Of a DNA stretch of 64,000 nucleotides, positions 36,345 to 47,919 are shown piece after piece (within the stretch, counting starts at the first letter, position 1; every line of letters begins with the position of its first letter). The stretch lies in assembly GCA_025558095.1 (NCBI GenBank), contig JAIVFI010000013.1:1-64000 (forward strand), given 5' to 3'. The notes under the pieces were generated by a model. The model made no database searches. It was not told the DNA's origin and saw nothing but the letters and a program-made list of their open reading frames with translations. The translations under genes were made by a program, and so were the position numbers. This stretch comes from Hyaloraphidium curvatum SAG 235-1. Taxonomy: Eukaryota; Fungi; Monoblepharomycota.

Positions 36345-37066
36345 CGCGGTCAATGAGAACCAAAATCAAATCGGAAAGGCTCGTAAAGGGGACGCACTCA
36401 TGCTTGGGCCAGAGAACGCCCGCCATATCTGCGCTCGCGCGGCCGGTTCAAGCCGGACGCTCCGGGCCGCCCAAACGAGGAGGCCTCAAAAGACGACGAG
36501 TTTCTCGCTTGTTCAGAATAGTCCACCGCCCCAAGGGCTCGCCGAATGGCGCCGGGGGAGCGGGGGGCGCTGTCGCCGTGCGGGTCCCTCCGTGACTCGA
36601 CAGCGAGCGCGGACGGTTTCGGCGCTGTCTGCGGCCTCCTCGGGCCGCCGGGGCAGAGTAACGCAAAAGTACAGAGGAATGCCGGACGGAGAGGGCGGCT
36701 CTCGGACGCGGCCGGTGTGTGGGGAATGTGGCTTCAACGAAGGGTGTTTATGGATCCCTCGGAAGCCAAATCCTGCGACGTCATCAGGCGGCCCTCGAGT
36801 CGAGAACATAATTCGGAACAATCCAGGGCTTCCGACAGACTCCAAATCCTTGTCATGTTGCCTTCTTGATTCTGTCCGGGCCTTGTCCTTCGGATCCCCG
36901 AGAGGACACAGTCTCATCGTCGACTCGGCCATAGATGCGAATCTCCTTGCCCTATGCCCCCCGTCGGGTGTACACGGCTATCAGACCATCTGCCCTGATC
37001 CCGTCTGCTCTTGCCGCACTTAACCGAGCCGCAGCCCTTCGTTGCTCCATCGGCACCTCTCCCGCA

Positions 37067-37453
37067 ATGCACGCGCGTGACAAGCACTACTCATCCAAGT
37101 CCGAGAAGCTCGGCTTGACGCCCTACCAGGGCAACAGTCGCTGCTATGGCTACTTCGAAGGCGGTCGATGCGGGAAGAAGTGGGAGTCGGCGTATTCTTG
37201 GGCGGACGCGGCGCAGCAATGCAAGATTTGCAAGGTCGATTCCTATCCGTGGGTTCCTCTGGCGACGTTGACGGCAGGCGGCCGATCTCACCGATTCCGC
37301 ACCGGTGGCCGTAGATACAGGCAGAAAAAGTTGGAGAAGGGCGAAGAGGACAGCATGATCGACCGGAGAAAGCCGCATCGGCAAGACCTGCGCGGAAAGT
37401 GCCGGGAGCTCGGCGCCCCGTGCTGGGAAGCCGACAATGGGCATTGGCGATGA
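37067..37453 (+). CDS. 3CxxC zinc-binding domain protein (ZCCHC24-like), degenerate
   Basis: LTPYQG..RCYGYF..CGKKWESAYSWA..QQCKIC..YP..KPH..KCRELG..C; in-frame intron ~37249-37314; two expected Cys replaced. Confidence 0.7.
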   Translation: MHARDKHYSSKSEKLGLTPYQGNSRCYGYFEGGRCGKKWESAYSWADAAQQCKICKVDSYPWVPLATLTAGGRSHRFRTGGRRYRQKKLEKGEEDSMIDRRKPHRQDLRGKCRELGAPCWEADNGHWR

Positions 37454-37479
37454 TGAGCGAGACGCAAACAAGCTCTGAT

Positions 37480-40014
37480 TCAGGTTTTCAGCCCCCGCTG
37501 CTGCAGCATCAGCCCCAACACCGGATTGGCCTCGGCCCTCGCCTCGCCCTCCTCCGGCACCACGTCGTCCGGGTGGTCCGGCGCCAGCATCGACCGCGCG
37601 GGGTACTCGTCGTTCGAGTAGGTCTCGTGCACCGTGACCTCGTCCGAAAACCTGACCACCGTCGCCCTCTTGTATGCTAGCTCGGGCGACCCGCGCCCTG
37701 GCCTCGCCGTCGCCCGCGGTGCTGCCGTCTCCGAATCGCTGTCTGTCCCGCTTTCGAGGCCCAACATGTCGTACACGGGCATGTCCGCGAGCGGGTCGGC
37801 AGCACCCTGCTCGGTCCCGTGCCCAGCCTCGCCCCGCTTGGCCGACTCCATCGCGCAGAGGTAGCACTGCCCGTCGCCCTCCACCGAATCCGCGTGCGGG
37901 CATCCGAATCGGGCCTGCCGCGCGGTGCGGAGCATCTGCAGGTCGGAGCGCGAGAGGCGGACGCTGTCCCCGTCCAGGATGGACTGGAGCAGCCTCCTGA
38001 CGGCCTGGTACTGGTCCTTGCCCGAGCCGTCGAGCATGTTCAGGCACGCCTGCACGTCCTCCATGATGTCGGCGTGCAGTGCGAGCGCTTTGGCCTGGTC
38101 GGACGGAGATGCGCGCGCGACGAGACTCCGGAACCTGCGAAGCACGAGGAGGTGAAACCAGCTAGCATAGACCGCCGAAAAACATGCGGTGATGGTGAAG
38201 AGGTTGTTGCCCAGCTCGTGGGGCTGAAAGCTGCGGAGGATCATGCGCAGGTTGCCGCTCACGATGATCGCGTGGCGGCTGGCGTCGAAGAAGGAGCCTG
38301 TGGTGAACCAGAGCTCCAAAAGCTCGTCGGCGGACGAGAACGAAGTGTCGTCGCTCGACGGCGACTGCGGGGAGGACGGCTCGGGCACCTCGTCCGCCGC
38401 CAACTCCTCGGAGTGACCTTGTCCGGCCCAGCTTTCGAACGGTTCCGGGCTCTCCAGGAGCATGAATGTGAGCCAGATCTGGGACACGTAGCCGATCAAC
38501 TGCAGCTGCTGTGCCCGCGTGAGATCCGGCGGCACTGCTTCCGTGAAGGCCGCAAAGTCGCTCGTCCTGATGGCGGCCAACAGCGGTGGCGGCACCGCGG
38601 CCTCCATCGCAGCCGCGAGGTCCAGCAGGAAAGCTCTCTGCCGCATGGGCTCCGGGAGCAGCGGATTGCGGAGCACTTCTTCCAGTCTCGAACGTGGAAA
38701 CGGGGCCGATCTCGGCAGATCAAAGGAACGGGGCTCAGGCGGGACGCCCCTCGATATCAGGTCCTCGGCAATGAGAAGCTCCAGCATGCTGATCCGGGCT
38801 TCCTCGCGCAGCCATGCCGTGAACCTGAGGATGCGCGCGAGGGCCGCGGTAAGCAGCATGACGATCTGCGTGACACCCGTTTCGCCCATGCGCGCAATCG
38901 CCGCGTCCAGAATCACCGCGCGGAGATCGGTGGGTATAGGGGGCTCCCGATGCGGGTCCATGATCCCGAGGAAATCACGGCAGCGGTACAACGGGGTGGC
39001 TCTTGCCAGCGCAGGAGGGGTTGGGAGGTCGGCAGAACGCTGCAACAGAGAGGGAATAGCGCTGAGCATGCTGAACGGGACGTTGAGGGGGGCGGAGGGG
39101 AACTCGCGCGCGGCATCCATGATTGGTGCCCCTTTCGCGTTGAAAGCCTGCCAGCTTTGGGTCTGTTAGAAACCAGGCCCTTCTGCACCGCCCATGCTCC
39201 CACTTATCGGAGCTACAGCAGATCCAGAAGCAATCGATCCACTGCTGGTTTATCAGGAAATCGTCCGCGGTTCGCGGCTGGGGCTCTGTCGGGTCTTCGC
39301 CCGGCACGCCGAGCCGCCGCCAGAGGGCGATTGCTTGGCGGAGGAATGCCTTGGCACTATCGGTACGCGCCTGTTGCAGATCGACAAAAACGATGGAAGC
39401 ACTCAGCGTCCCCATGAGCTGCCAGGGAAGAACAAATCAAGAAACGCGCTGCAGGACACGCGAAGGCTCCGGCTCACCGCAAGGTTGTGCGAGGTTCGGA
39501 GCTTCGACCCGATCAGCCGCGAGTCGGAAGCTTCGGCCCAGAATCTGGCCAGCTCTTCCCGCAGCAGCCTCTCGAACTGCCTCTCCAGCCGCGGTATGAG
39601 GGCGCCCAGGGATGTCGAGGCCGAGAACGACGTGTCCGATGGGTTTCCCGTCGCCTCGAGCACGACGCGGGCACCGACCCAGTGCATGAAGGTCGCAAAG
39701 AGCGGGTTGCAGTAGAGTTCGCGCCAGCGAGGGTCCCAGGTGTCCCCAGGCAGGTCCGAGTGGCATTCCAGAATCGTGGCCCGCGGCATCGCCGTCGAGT
39801 TGGCCGGGATGACGGCGAAGAACGCCTCGATGAAGCGGCGCGAGGCCCCGGGCGCCAAGTGCGGGTCATCGTCGTCCTGCCCCGGCGGCGCTCGTGCGGG
39901 CCGGGAGAAAGACGTTTCGCCCGGGTCGGGCGACGTCGGCGGCGCCCCGGCCGCCCCGCCAACGCCGCCGGCGGGCCGCGGCGGAAATCGCGGGCTGCTC
40001 GACACGCTGCTCAT
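37480..40014 (-). CDS. Unknown helical protein with PP1-docking-like tail, copy 2
   Basis: Three exons colinear with copies 1 and 3; C-terminal VVRFSDEVTVHETYSNDEYPARS. Confidence 0.78.
37822..38648. repeat. ~827-bp apparently identical inverted repeat, arm 2 (partner 23777-24603)
   Basis: Reverse complement of 23777-24603. Confidence 0.85.
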
Positions 40015-40307
40015 CGCGCCGGCAGCGGACGGCCCCGAATGGCCGCCGGAAGCCTCCAATGCCTCCCGATCGTCCCGAGCCAATTCTCGCACAGCCGAGC
40101 GCCCCTTGGCTGGCTGCAGAAGGTTCTAACGCCAACCGCCGAAAACCGGATGCAAGACCATCGGATTTCCTCTTGGGGAGAAATCAGACGATACGGATTG
40201 GCAAGATTTTTGTCAAGTGAATCGGAAGGAGCAGCCTTGCAACGACGACCTTCCAATCCTTTCACGCACAACACCGTGGAGCAGGAGCAACAAACCAATA
40301 CATCGCC

Positions 40308-42950
40308 TCACCGCAGCTTCAGCCCGCGCTGCTCCAGCATCATGCTCAGCACCGGGTTCGCCTCGGCCGTCGCCTCGCCGTCCTCGGGCTCGGCATCGTC
40401 GGGGTGGTCCGGAGCCAGCATCGACCGCGCGGGGTACTCGTCGTTCGAGTAGGTCTCGTGCACCGTGATCTCGTCCGAAAACCTGACCACCGTCGCCTTC
40501 TTGAACGCCAGCTCGGGGGACCCGCGCCCCGGCCTCGGCTTCGACCGCGTGGTGCCGGCGTCGGAATCGCTGTCGTCCGTCCCGCTGTCCAGGTCCAGCA
40601 GGTCGTACACCGGCATGTCCGCCAGCGGATCGGACGCGCCCTGGCCCGACCCGCCGCCGGCCTCGCCCCGCTTCGCGGACTCCATCGCGCATAGGTAGCA
40701 GTGCCCCTCCCCCTCGTCCACGTCCGCATGGGTGCACCCGAAGCGGGCCTGCCGCGCCGTTCGGAGCATCTGCAGGTCGGCGCGGGACAATCGTGTCTCG
40801 TCCCCGTCCAGGATGGACTGGAGCAGCCTCCTGACGGCCTGGTACTGCTCCCTGCCCGATCCCTCGAGCATGTTGAGGCACGCCTGCACGTCCTCCATAA
40901 TGTCGGCGTGCAGCGCGAGCGCCTGCGCCTGGTCCGAAGCCGACGCGCGCGCGACGATGCTACGGAAGCGGCGCAGCACGAGGAGGTGGAACCAGCACGC
41001 GTAGACGGAGGAAAAGCACGCCGTGAGCGTGAAGAGGTTGTTGCCCAGCTCGCGGGGCTGGAAGCTGCGGAGGATCATGCGCAGGTTGCCGCTGACGACG
41101 ATCGCATGTCGGCTGGCTTCGAGGAAGGAGCTGGTGGTGAACCAGAGCTCGAGGAGCTCGTCGGCGAACGAGACCGAGGTGCTGTCGCTCGACAGCGACT
41201 GCGGCGACGAAGGCTCGGGAATCTCCTTCAGGGGCTCCTCATCCTCGTCCTCCCCGACCCAGTTCTCGAACGGCTCCGGGCTCCCCAGCAGCATGAAGGT
41301 CAGCCAGATCTGCGAGACGTAGCTGATCACCTGCAGCTGCTGCCCCCGGTCGAGGTCGGGCGACACCGCCGCACTGAAAGCATCGAAATCGCTCGCCTTC
41401 AGGGCCGCGGCCATCGCCGGCGGCACCGCGGCTTCCATCGCCCCCACCGCGTCCCTCAGGAAGGCGCGCTGCCGCACCGCCTCGGGCAGCATCGGGTTCC
41501 GGAGCACCGCCTCGAGCCGGGACCGGGGCATGCCCACCGCCTCGGGGAGCCGGAACCCCGAGCCGTCCAGGGCGGCGCCCTTGGCGAGCAGGTCCTCGGC
41601 CACGAGCACCTCGAGCATGCCGAGCCGGGCCTCGTCGCGGAGCCAGGTGGTGAACCGCAGGATGCGCGACAGCCCCGCGTTGAGCATGCAGACGAACGGG
41701 CCGATGCCGTGCTCCTCCATGCGGGTGATGGTCCAGTCCAGGATGGCGGCGCGGGTCTCGGGGGGGACGGGGGGTTCGCGGTGGGGGTCCAGGAAGCCAA
41801 CAAACTCCCTGTACCGGAAGGTGGGTGTGATGGCGGTGAGGGTGGGAGGAACGGGGCCGTTGGCAGGCCGCTGCGACGGCGGCGGTATTGCGCTGAGGGC
41901 GCCCAAGGCAGGGTGCAGCGGCGCGGTGGGGAACTCGCGGGCCGGGTCCATGGCCGGCGTGCCTTTGGAGTTGAAGGCCTGCCAGCTGTCGCGAAAGGAA
42001 AGGGTGAGCAACTCAGGCAAGCGAGCAAGTGAGGACACCCACAAGTCGGCACTGCAGCATATGTTGAAGCAGTTGAGCCACTGTTGCCGGAACAGAAAGT
42101 CGTCCAGCGTCTGCGGCGGCGGCTCGGTCTCGTCCTCGCCCGGGACACCGAGCCGTCGCCACAGCGACACGGCCTGGCGCAGGAACGCCTTGGCGCCGTC
42201 GGTGCGGGCCTGCTGGAGGTCGATGAAGACGACGGCCGCGGACAGCGTCCACATGAGCTGAGTGGGGTACGCAGAAGACGATCGTGGTTAAGAAAACGCG
42301 GCAAGGAAGCACTTGTCAGTGTGTTTTTGAGGCGAGTCAGGGCCGAGTCAGCCCACCGAAAGGTTCTCGGGCGTGTGCAGGTTGGCCCCTATCCGCCGCG
42401 ACTCTGCCGCGTCCAGCCAGAACCGTGCCAGCTCCTCCCGCAGCAGCCGCTCGAAGCGCCGTTCCAGCCGCGGCACCAGCGCCCCCAGGAGCACCGCCGG
42501 CGAAAACGCGGTGTTGGTGGGGTCCCCCGACGCCTCGAGCACGATGCGGGCGCCGATCCAGTGCATGAAGCACGTAAAGAGCGGGTGGCAGAACGCAGCC
42601 CGCCACCGCGGGTCCCAGGCGTCGCCCGGCAGGTCCGAGTGGCACTCGAGCACGGTTGTCCGCGGCAGGGCCGACGAGTTGGGGGGCACGACGGCGAAGA
42701 ACGCCTCGATGAAGCGCAGGGCGGCCCCCGGGGCCAGCGGCGCGCCGTCGTCGTCGGCGGGCGGCGGCGATGTCGCGTGCGGCTGCGGCGGCGTCGCGGG
42801 GCGGTCGAGGGCGTCGCCGAGGGCGTACGACGCGGCGCGCGCGACGGGCGGGCCGGCGGCGGGCCGCGGTACCGCCGACAGCGAGCGCCACGCGCCGGCC
42901 ATCGCCGCGCCGGGCGGCGGGAACTGCCGCGTCCACGGCGCCGCGGACAT
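40308..42950 (-). CDS. Unknown helical protein with PP1-docking-like tail, copy 3
   Basis: More diverged paralog with the same architecture; VVRFSDEITVHETYSNDEYPARS. Confidence 0.78.
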
Positions 42951-43754
42951 CGCGGCCGTCGGGGTCCCCGGGGTGAGGTTGATCCGGCTAGGGCGCCGCC
43001 AGCCGCCGGAGTCCCGGCCCAGTCCAGACTCCGCTCGATAACGAAAGCTAAACGCTCGTCGAATGACCTGATGGTTGGAAGGGGGCGATGTCCAATCAAT
43101 GCTGATGTACGTTCCTCTCGCGATGGCACAGGTCGCTGGAAGCGGATACGTGCGCAACGCCGAAACCCCCGGCGCCGCCCCTTCGGTCCCTGCCGAAAGG
43201 GCGTTCGAACCGTCCGCCGTTGTGCGTCCAGACGCAGTCAGGTCACTGCCACTCGCCCAGTCGAATTCCATCTGGAGCCCTTGCATTGACCCCGCGACCG
43301 TGCGTTCTCCTCCACGGGTCCTTTCCAGTCGGTGGGAAAGCCCTCTCCGTCCCAACCCTCTCGAATTGTCTTCTTTCAACCCTCTGGGAACGGCCCATCG
43401 GAGCCCGAAAGGCGCCTTCCGTCCGGTCCAGAGTGCAAGAATGGTGCTGGAGCCGTACTGGCCGGGGCAAAAGAACGGAGTACCGGCCGGACGTGCCGCG
43501 GTCCCGCGTGCCGATTCCCAAGCGGCCGCTCCCCGAGACGCTTCGCCGCCTCCTTCGTCACGTGGATTCCGGTTGCGGGCCGGAAAGCTGCCTCTCCAGG
43601 CGTCCCACGGAAGAACGAACAGGGATCGCGGCGACACGGGTGGCTCTCGTGGTGTCGGAGGGTCGATCGTGCGATCGCGATCCATTCATCAGTTCTCCCC
43701 CAGAGCACCTACAGCGCCTGGCGGCAGACAAACACCCCACAAGCCGACAGAGCC

Positions 43755-45193
43755 CTACAACTCCATCGCCTCCCCCTCCCGCGCGCCCTTGCCCTGCAGC
43801 GACGCCGAAAACATCCCGCTGTCGGCCCTCCCCGTCCCGTGGGCGATCACCAGCTCACCGGCCTCGTTCATCGTCACCTGGATCCCCGAGTTGTCCAGAC
43901 TGGTCAGGGAAATGTCCGCGGCGTCCAGGTTCCCGGCCAGCGGGACCGCCAGCATCCCCGCCCCCGCCTGCTGGCACAGGCCGCGCACCCACGGGTGCGC
44001 CATGGCCTCCTTGGCCGACAGCCGCTGGTCCGGATCGGAACGGAGCAGGCACGCGATGAAATCCCGCGCGGCCTCCGAGACGGGCGGGTGCGCGGGGAAC
44101 TCGAGGTGGCCCGCGGCGATGCGCTCGTAAAGCTCGCCGAGGGATTGGGCGCCCTGGAAGGGGGTGCGCCCGTAGAGGAGCTCGAACACGCAGCAGCCGA
44201 GGGAGTAGGTGTCGACCTTGGCGCTGTAGGGCTCGCCGCGGACGATCTCGGGGGGGAGGAAAAAGGGGGTGCCTGGCAGGGGACGGGGTGAGATCATCCC
44301 CTGCGGCCGGCCCCGAGGGACGGCGGAAAGAAAGCCGCCCCCGGCGCCACCCACCGGCCAGGGTATACATCTCCTGTACCCTCGAATCGGAGCTGGACCG
44401 CGCTATCGGGATGTGTTCCGCGTTGTCGAGTTTCGGCGGCGGCGTAAAGAGCGCGGCAGGGGTCGGCACCGCGGCCACGTAGGCGCTGCCAAAGTCCGCC
44501 AGGCACAGGCTCTCCGCGGGCTTTGCCGCGTCGCGGAGGAGCATGTTTGCCGGCTTCACGTCCCGGTGGACCACGCCGTGTTCGTGGAGCGTGGCGATGG
44601 TCTCGAGGAGCGCCGCGACGACGGGGCGGACTTCTCCCTCGGGGAGGCGGCCGCCGCGGTTGTCCTTCAGGTGCTGGAGCGTCTGCGCGTCACGAGGCGG
44701 TGGGGGAAAATTGGTCCGGCGCGAAGGGGCGCGGCCAGGGAGGGAGGTCGTCAGGGGACTCTGCCGCTACGAACGGACGTTGCCGCCGGCCACCCACCAA
44801 TCCCTGCGCGTACTCGAAGATGAAATAGTACGACGACTCTGTCTGGAAGTGCTCGACCAGCCGCACGATCCGCGGGAACCACGCCAGGTGCTGGAAGATC
44901 CACAGCTTGCGCCGGATCAGCAGGTCGAAGTCCGACGCCTCGTCCGGCGCGCCGGCCGAGCGCGGGTGCAGCTTCATGCGCGGCTTCTTGTACGCCTTGC
45001 ACGCGAACAGCTCGCCGGTCTGCGCGAGCTCGGCCAGCCGCACGGTGGCCTGCGTGCCGTGGCCCAGCGGGCGCAGCATGCGGTACGCGGCGCGCCGCTG
45101 CCGGCCGTGCTGCAGCGCAGGGTCGGCGCCGCGCGAGCCGCGCGGCGGATACGTCGCGTCCATCGACGGCGTCGGCGACGGGTGGTCGCCCAT
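43755..45193 (-). CDS. CAMK-like Ser/Thr kinase, copy 6 (spliced)
   Basis: LGHGTQATV, FACK, HRDVKPAN, DFG, TLAG-TPFFLPPE, tail RADSGMFS. Confidence 0.88.
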
Positions 45194-45812
45194 CGCGGAC
45201 GGCCGGCCGAAAAAGAGAGATGGCGGTGCGCGGCTGCGGGCCCGGCCGGCGGTCCACCCGACCGCCGCATTGGACCCTTCGCGGCCGGAATGCCCGATCG
45301 CCCGAACCACCGCTTGCTAGTGGCAGCGGAAAGATTAGAGAAGTATCGGGGCACTGGCGTTTGGGAGGTTCCAACCCGATGTCGGACGCCTCGGAGCGCT
45401 TCCCCTCAGGTCGGAACAATGACAGTACAGCGTCATCCCATCCAGATGGCCCCACAGAGAGATTGTCAAAGAACCTCAATTGATTTATGAGTTGGATCGA
45501 TGGGCACCCGAGCGGGATTCATTACCCGGGACTGGTAATGCCTGCTCGATCTGTTGGTGAGCCTCCACCGCGGCAGGCTCCAATCGGCATCATCGTGCCA
45601 TCCTTTCCACGCGCTTACCAGGAGTGTTACGTTCTGCCTGAGGGTAACTGTGCTCTTGTGGGCACGGGGGCACGTTTCGCGAGCGCAGAAGACCACTGAA
45701 GAATCGTCCACGGTGGGCGATCGATTCGATTCCACCGTACGGCGGACGACCTCTCGAGCGGCTCCAAAGTTCCTGTCGAGTCAAGAGCAGCAAAAGAAAG
45801 TGCAGCGTGGGG

Positions 45813-45833
45813 CCCTCCTCTTCCCCCTTCTCG

Positions 45834-45867
<34 letters not shown>

Positions 45868-45942
45868 CCCCCCCCCCTCCTCCTCTTCCCCTCCTTCCCC
45901 CCCCCCTCCTCCCCTTTCCCTTTCCCCCCCCCACCTTCCTCC
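45813..45942. repeat. Polypyrimidine tract including a C33 run (45834-45866)
   Basis: Directly visible; intergenic. Confidence 0.9.
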
Positions 45943-46180
45943 ATTCGTACTGTGTCTACGGCGGCTGCACGTCGTCCGACCAGCAGTGCGGCCGTTCGGC
46001 GAATTCGCACACGCCCATCGCCGTCTTCCGCGGGAAGCGGACAAGAACACGGACTGTCCTGCTGGACAATCGGGGCTGTGGTGCGGCTACACGTACTAGA
46101 TCCGATCAATGATACTGCTGCTGCAACCATTCCTCATTTCTCGTCTTTCGATGCACGCTCCAAGCAATCCCCCGGGTCCT

Positions 46181-47334
46181 CTACCAAACCGGCACTCGCC
46201 CGCGGTGCTCCCTCCACCTGACCACCGGCAAGCTCTTCCACATGTCCCGCTCGGCCGCCTCCCCCTCCGTGACCCCGCGGTCCATGTCGATCGTCAGCCT
46301 CTCCAGCCCCATCGCCGCCACCACCTTTTGCATCTCGCCGAACCGGCCCTCCGGGAGGTCCAGCACGGGGTTGGACAGCGAGAGCGTCTTCAGCCCGCGG
46401 ACCGCCCGCAACCCCGCCAGGTCGCACGTGCAGAACCATCCCCACAGGTAGAGGAACCTCAGGCCCCTGATCCTCGCGAGTTGCTCCCAGGCTTCGCCCG
46501 CGATCGTTCCGACGAGGTGGAGGATGCGGAGCTCCAGCCCGGGCAGCGCGGCGAGGGCGGGCAGGTGCGCGGCGTCGACGAGCATGCTGGTGAGCTTGGA
46601 TACCACGCCGGGAAAGCGCGACAGGTCGACGGAGAGGTCGAAGAGGGTGGTCGTTTGAAGCTCCTTGACGCCGGGGGCGCGGGAGTCGAGCATTGCCAGG
46701 ATCCTGGACGGGTCGACGTCGTAATCGAAATCCACTTTGGAAAACAGAGAGGTGAGCAATGCAATCTGATGGTGGTAGCCAGAAACTCACGTCGCAGATA
46801 CTCTATCTCCAAAGAGAGCTCCACCGAGCTGTCGAAGAACTCGGCGGCGTCGCCCTTGATGCTGATGGTGAGAGCCGAGAGCTTCGTCGCCCGGTCAATG
46901 TGCCTCCAGATCTTCTCGGCCATCTCCTTGTTGTCGAGAATCACCGTGGCCTCCTCCGCGTGGGGTAGCGCTTGGGCAAGGACGCGGCCGAGCCCGCCAG
47001 ACGACGCGGGAGATCCGCCCAGGCCGCCGACGAACAGCTCCCTGACGAACCTGAACTTGCCGGTACCGAGCGCATCTTGCGAGAACGCCTCGATCTTTTC
47101 CGCGGTGTCGAACCCCGAGAATTCCGACAGGCAAACCTCCCTTAGGAGGACCGGCAGCCCGAGCTCCAGACACACCCGGCCGCACCGCAGGAACTTCGCC
47201 ACCGTCCCGAACGCGCGCGCGGCGAGGAGCTCCTTCATGATGGGGATGAAGAGCTCGGGCGGTACCGCGGGCGCGGGGGCGGTGGGCGCGGCGGGGCGGA
47301 CGGTGCCGGCGGCGCGCGGTTCCTCGGAAGGCAT
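46181..47334 (-). CDS. F-box/LRR-like protein (1 intron)
   Basis: VPPELFIPIM..FLRCGRVCLELG, LRR-like repeats; C-terminus NPVL..W(K/R)SLP.V.W shared with 27894-28946. Confidence 0.75.
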
Positions 47335-47919
47335 CGCGTCGGAACAGGAATGGGAGCCTGCGGGCGGCGAGGAGCGGGGCTTAATGGCCGTGTTTCGCGG
47401 CAGGAGAACGTCGACTCACAACAGAGGGGCGCCGGCCGGCGGGTGGGTGTCGGAGTGGGTCCAAAGGAGGGACAACGGGTTTGCGGCGGAGCAGACTCGG
47501 CCGGCCAGCACCCACCGCCCCCTCCCCCAGCTAGGTTAACTCCCCTCCTTGGAAACTCAATCCGACTCACGAAATCGACAGATGGATGAACCGAGGTGGA
47601 GTTGGTGGCGGTCGTGCAAGCACTGTTGACCCCCTCACCTCGCTTCGTGAATCATCGCGGGTCGCAGAACTCACTCGCGGATAGAACGGAACCGAGTCTC
47701 TCGTGGTCTCCAACAAGAAAAGTCAAAATCGAGCGCTTCTGAAAGATTCCGCTTCGAGAAGCCGACCAGGTAAGGGAGAGAGTGAGAGAATGAGCGGGCG
47801 GCTGGCGGGCGGCTGCTCTACTTTGCGCGGAAACATCGGTCCTTCCACGGAACCCCCCGGCCTTGTCCCCCCCCTCGGCGACCACCGCCTCCGCTTCGAG
47901 GCTATTCTTCTGCGGAGCG

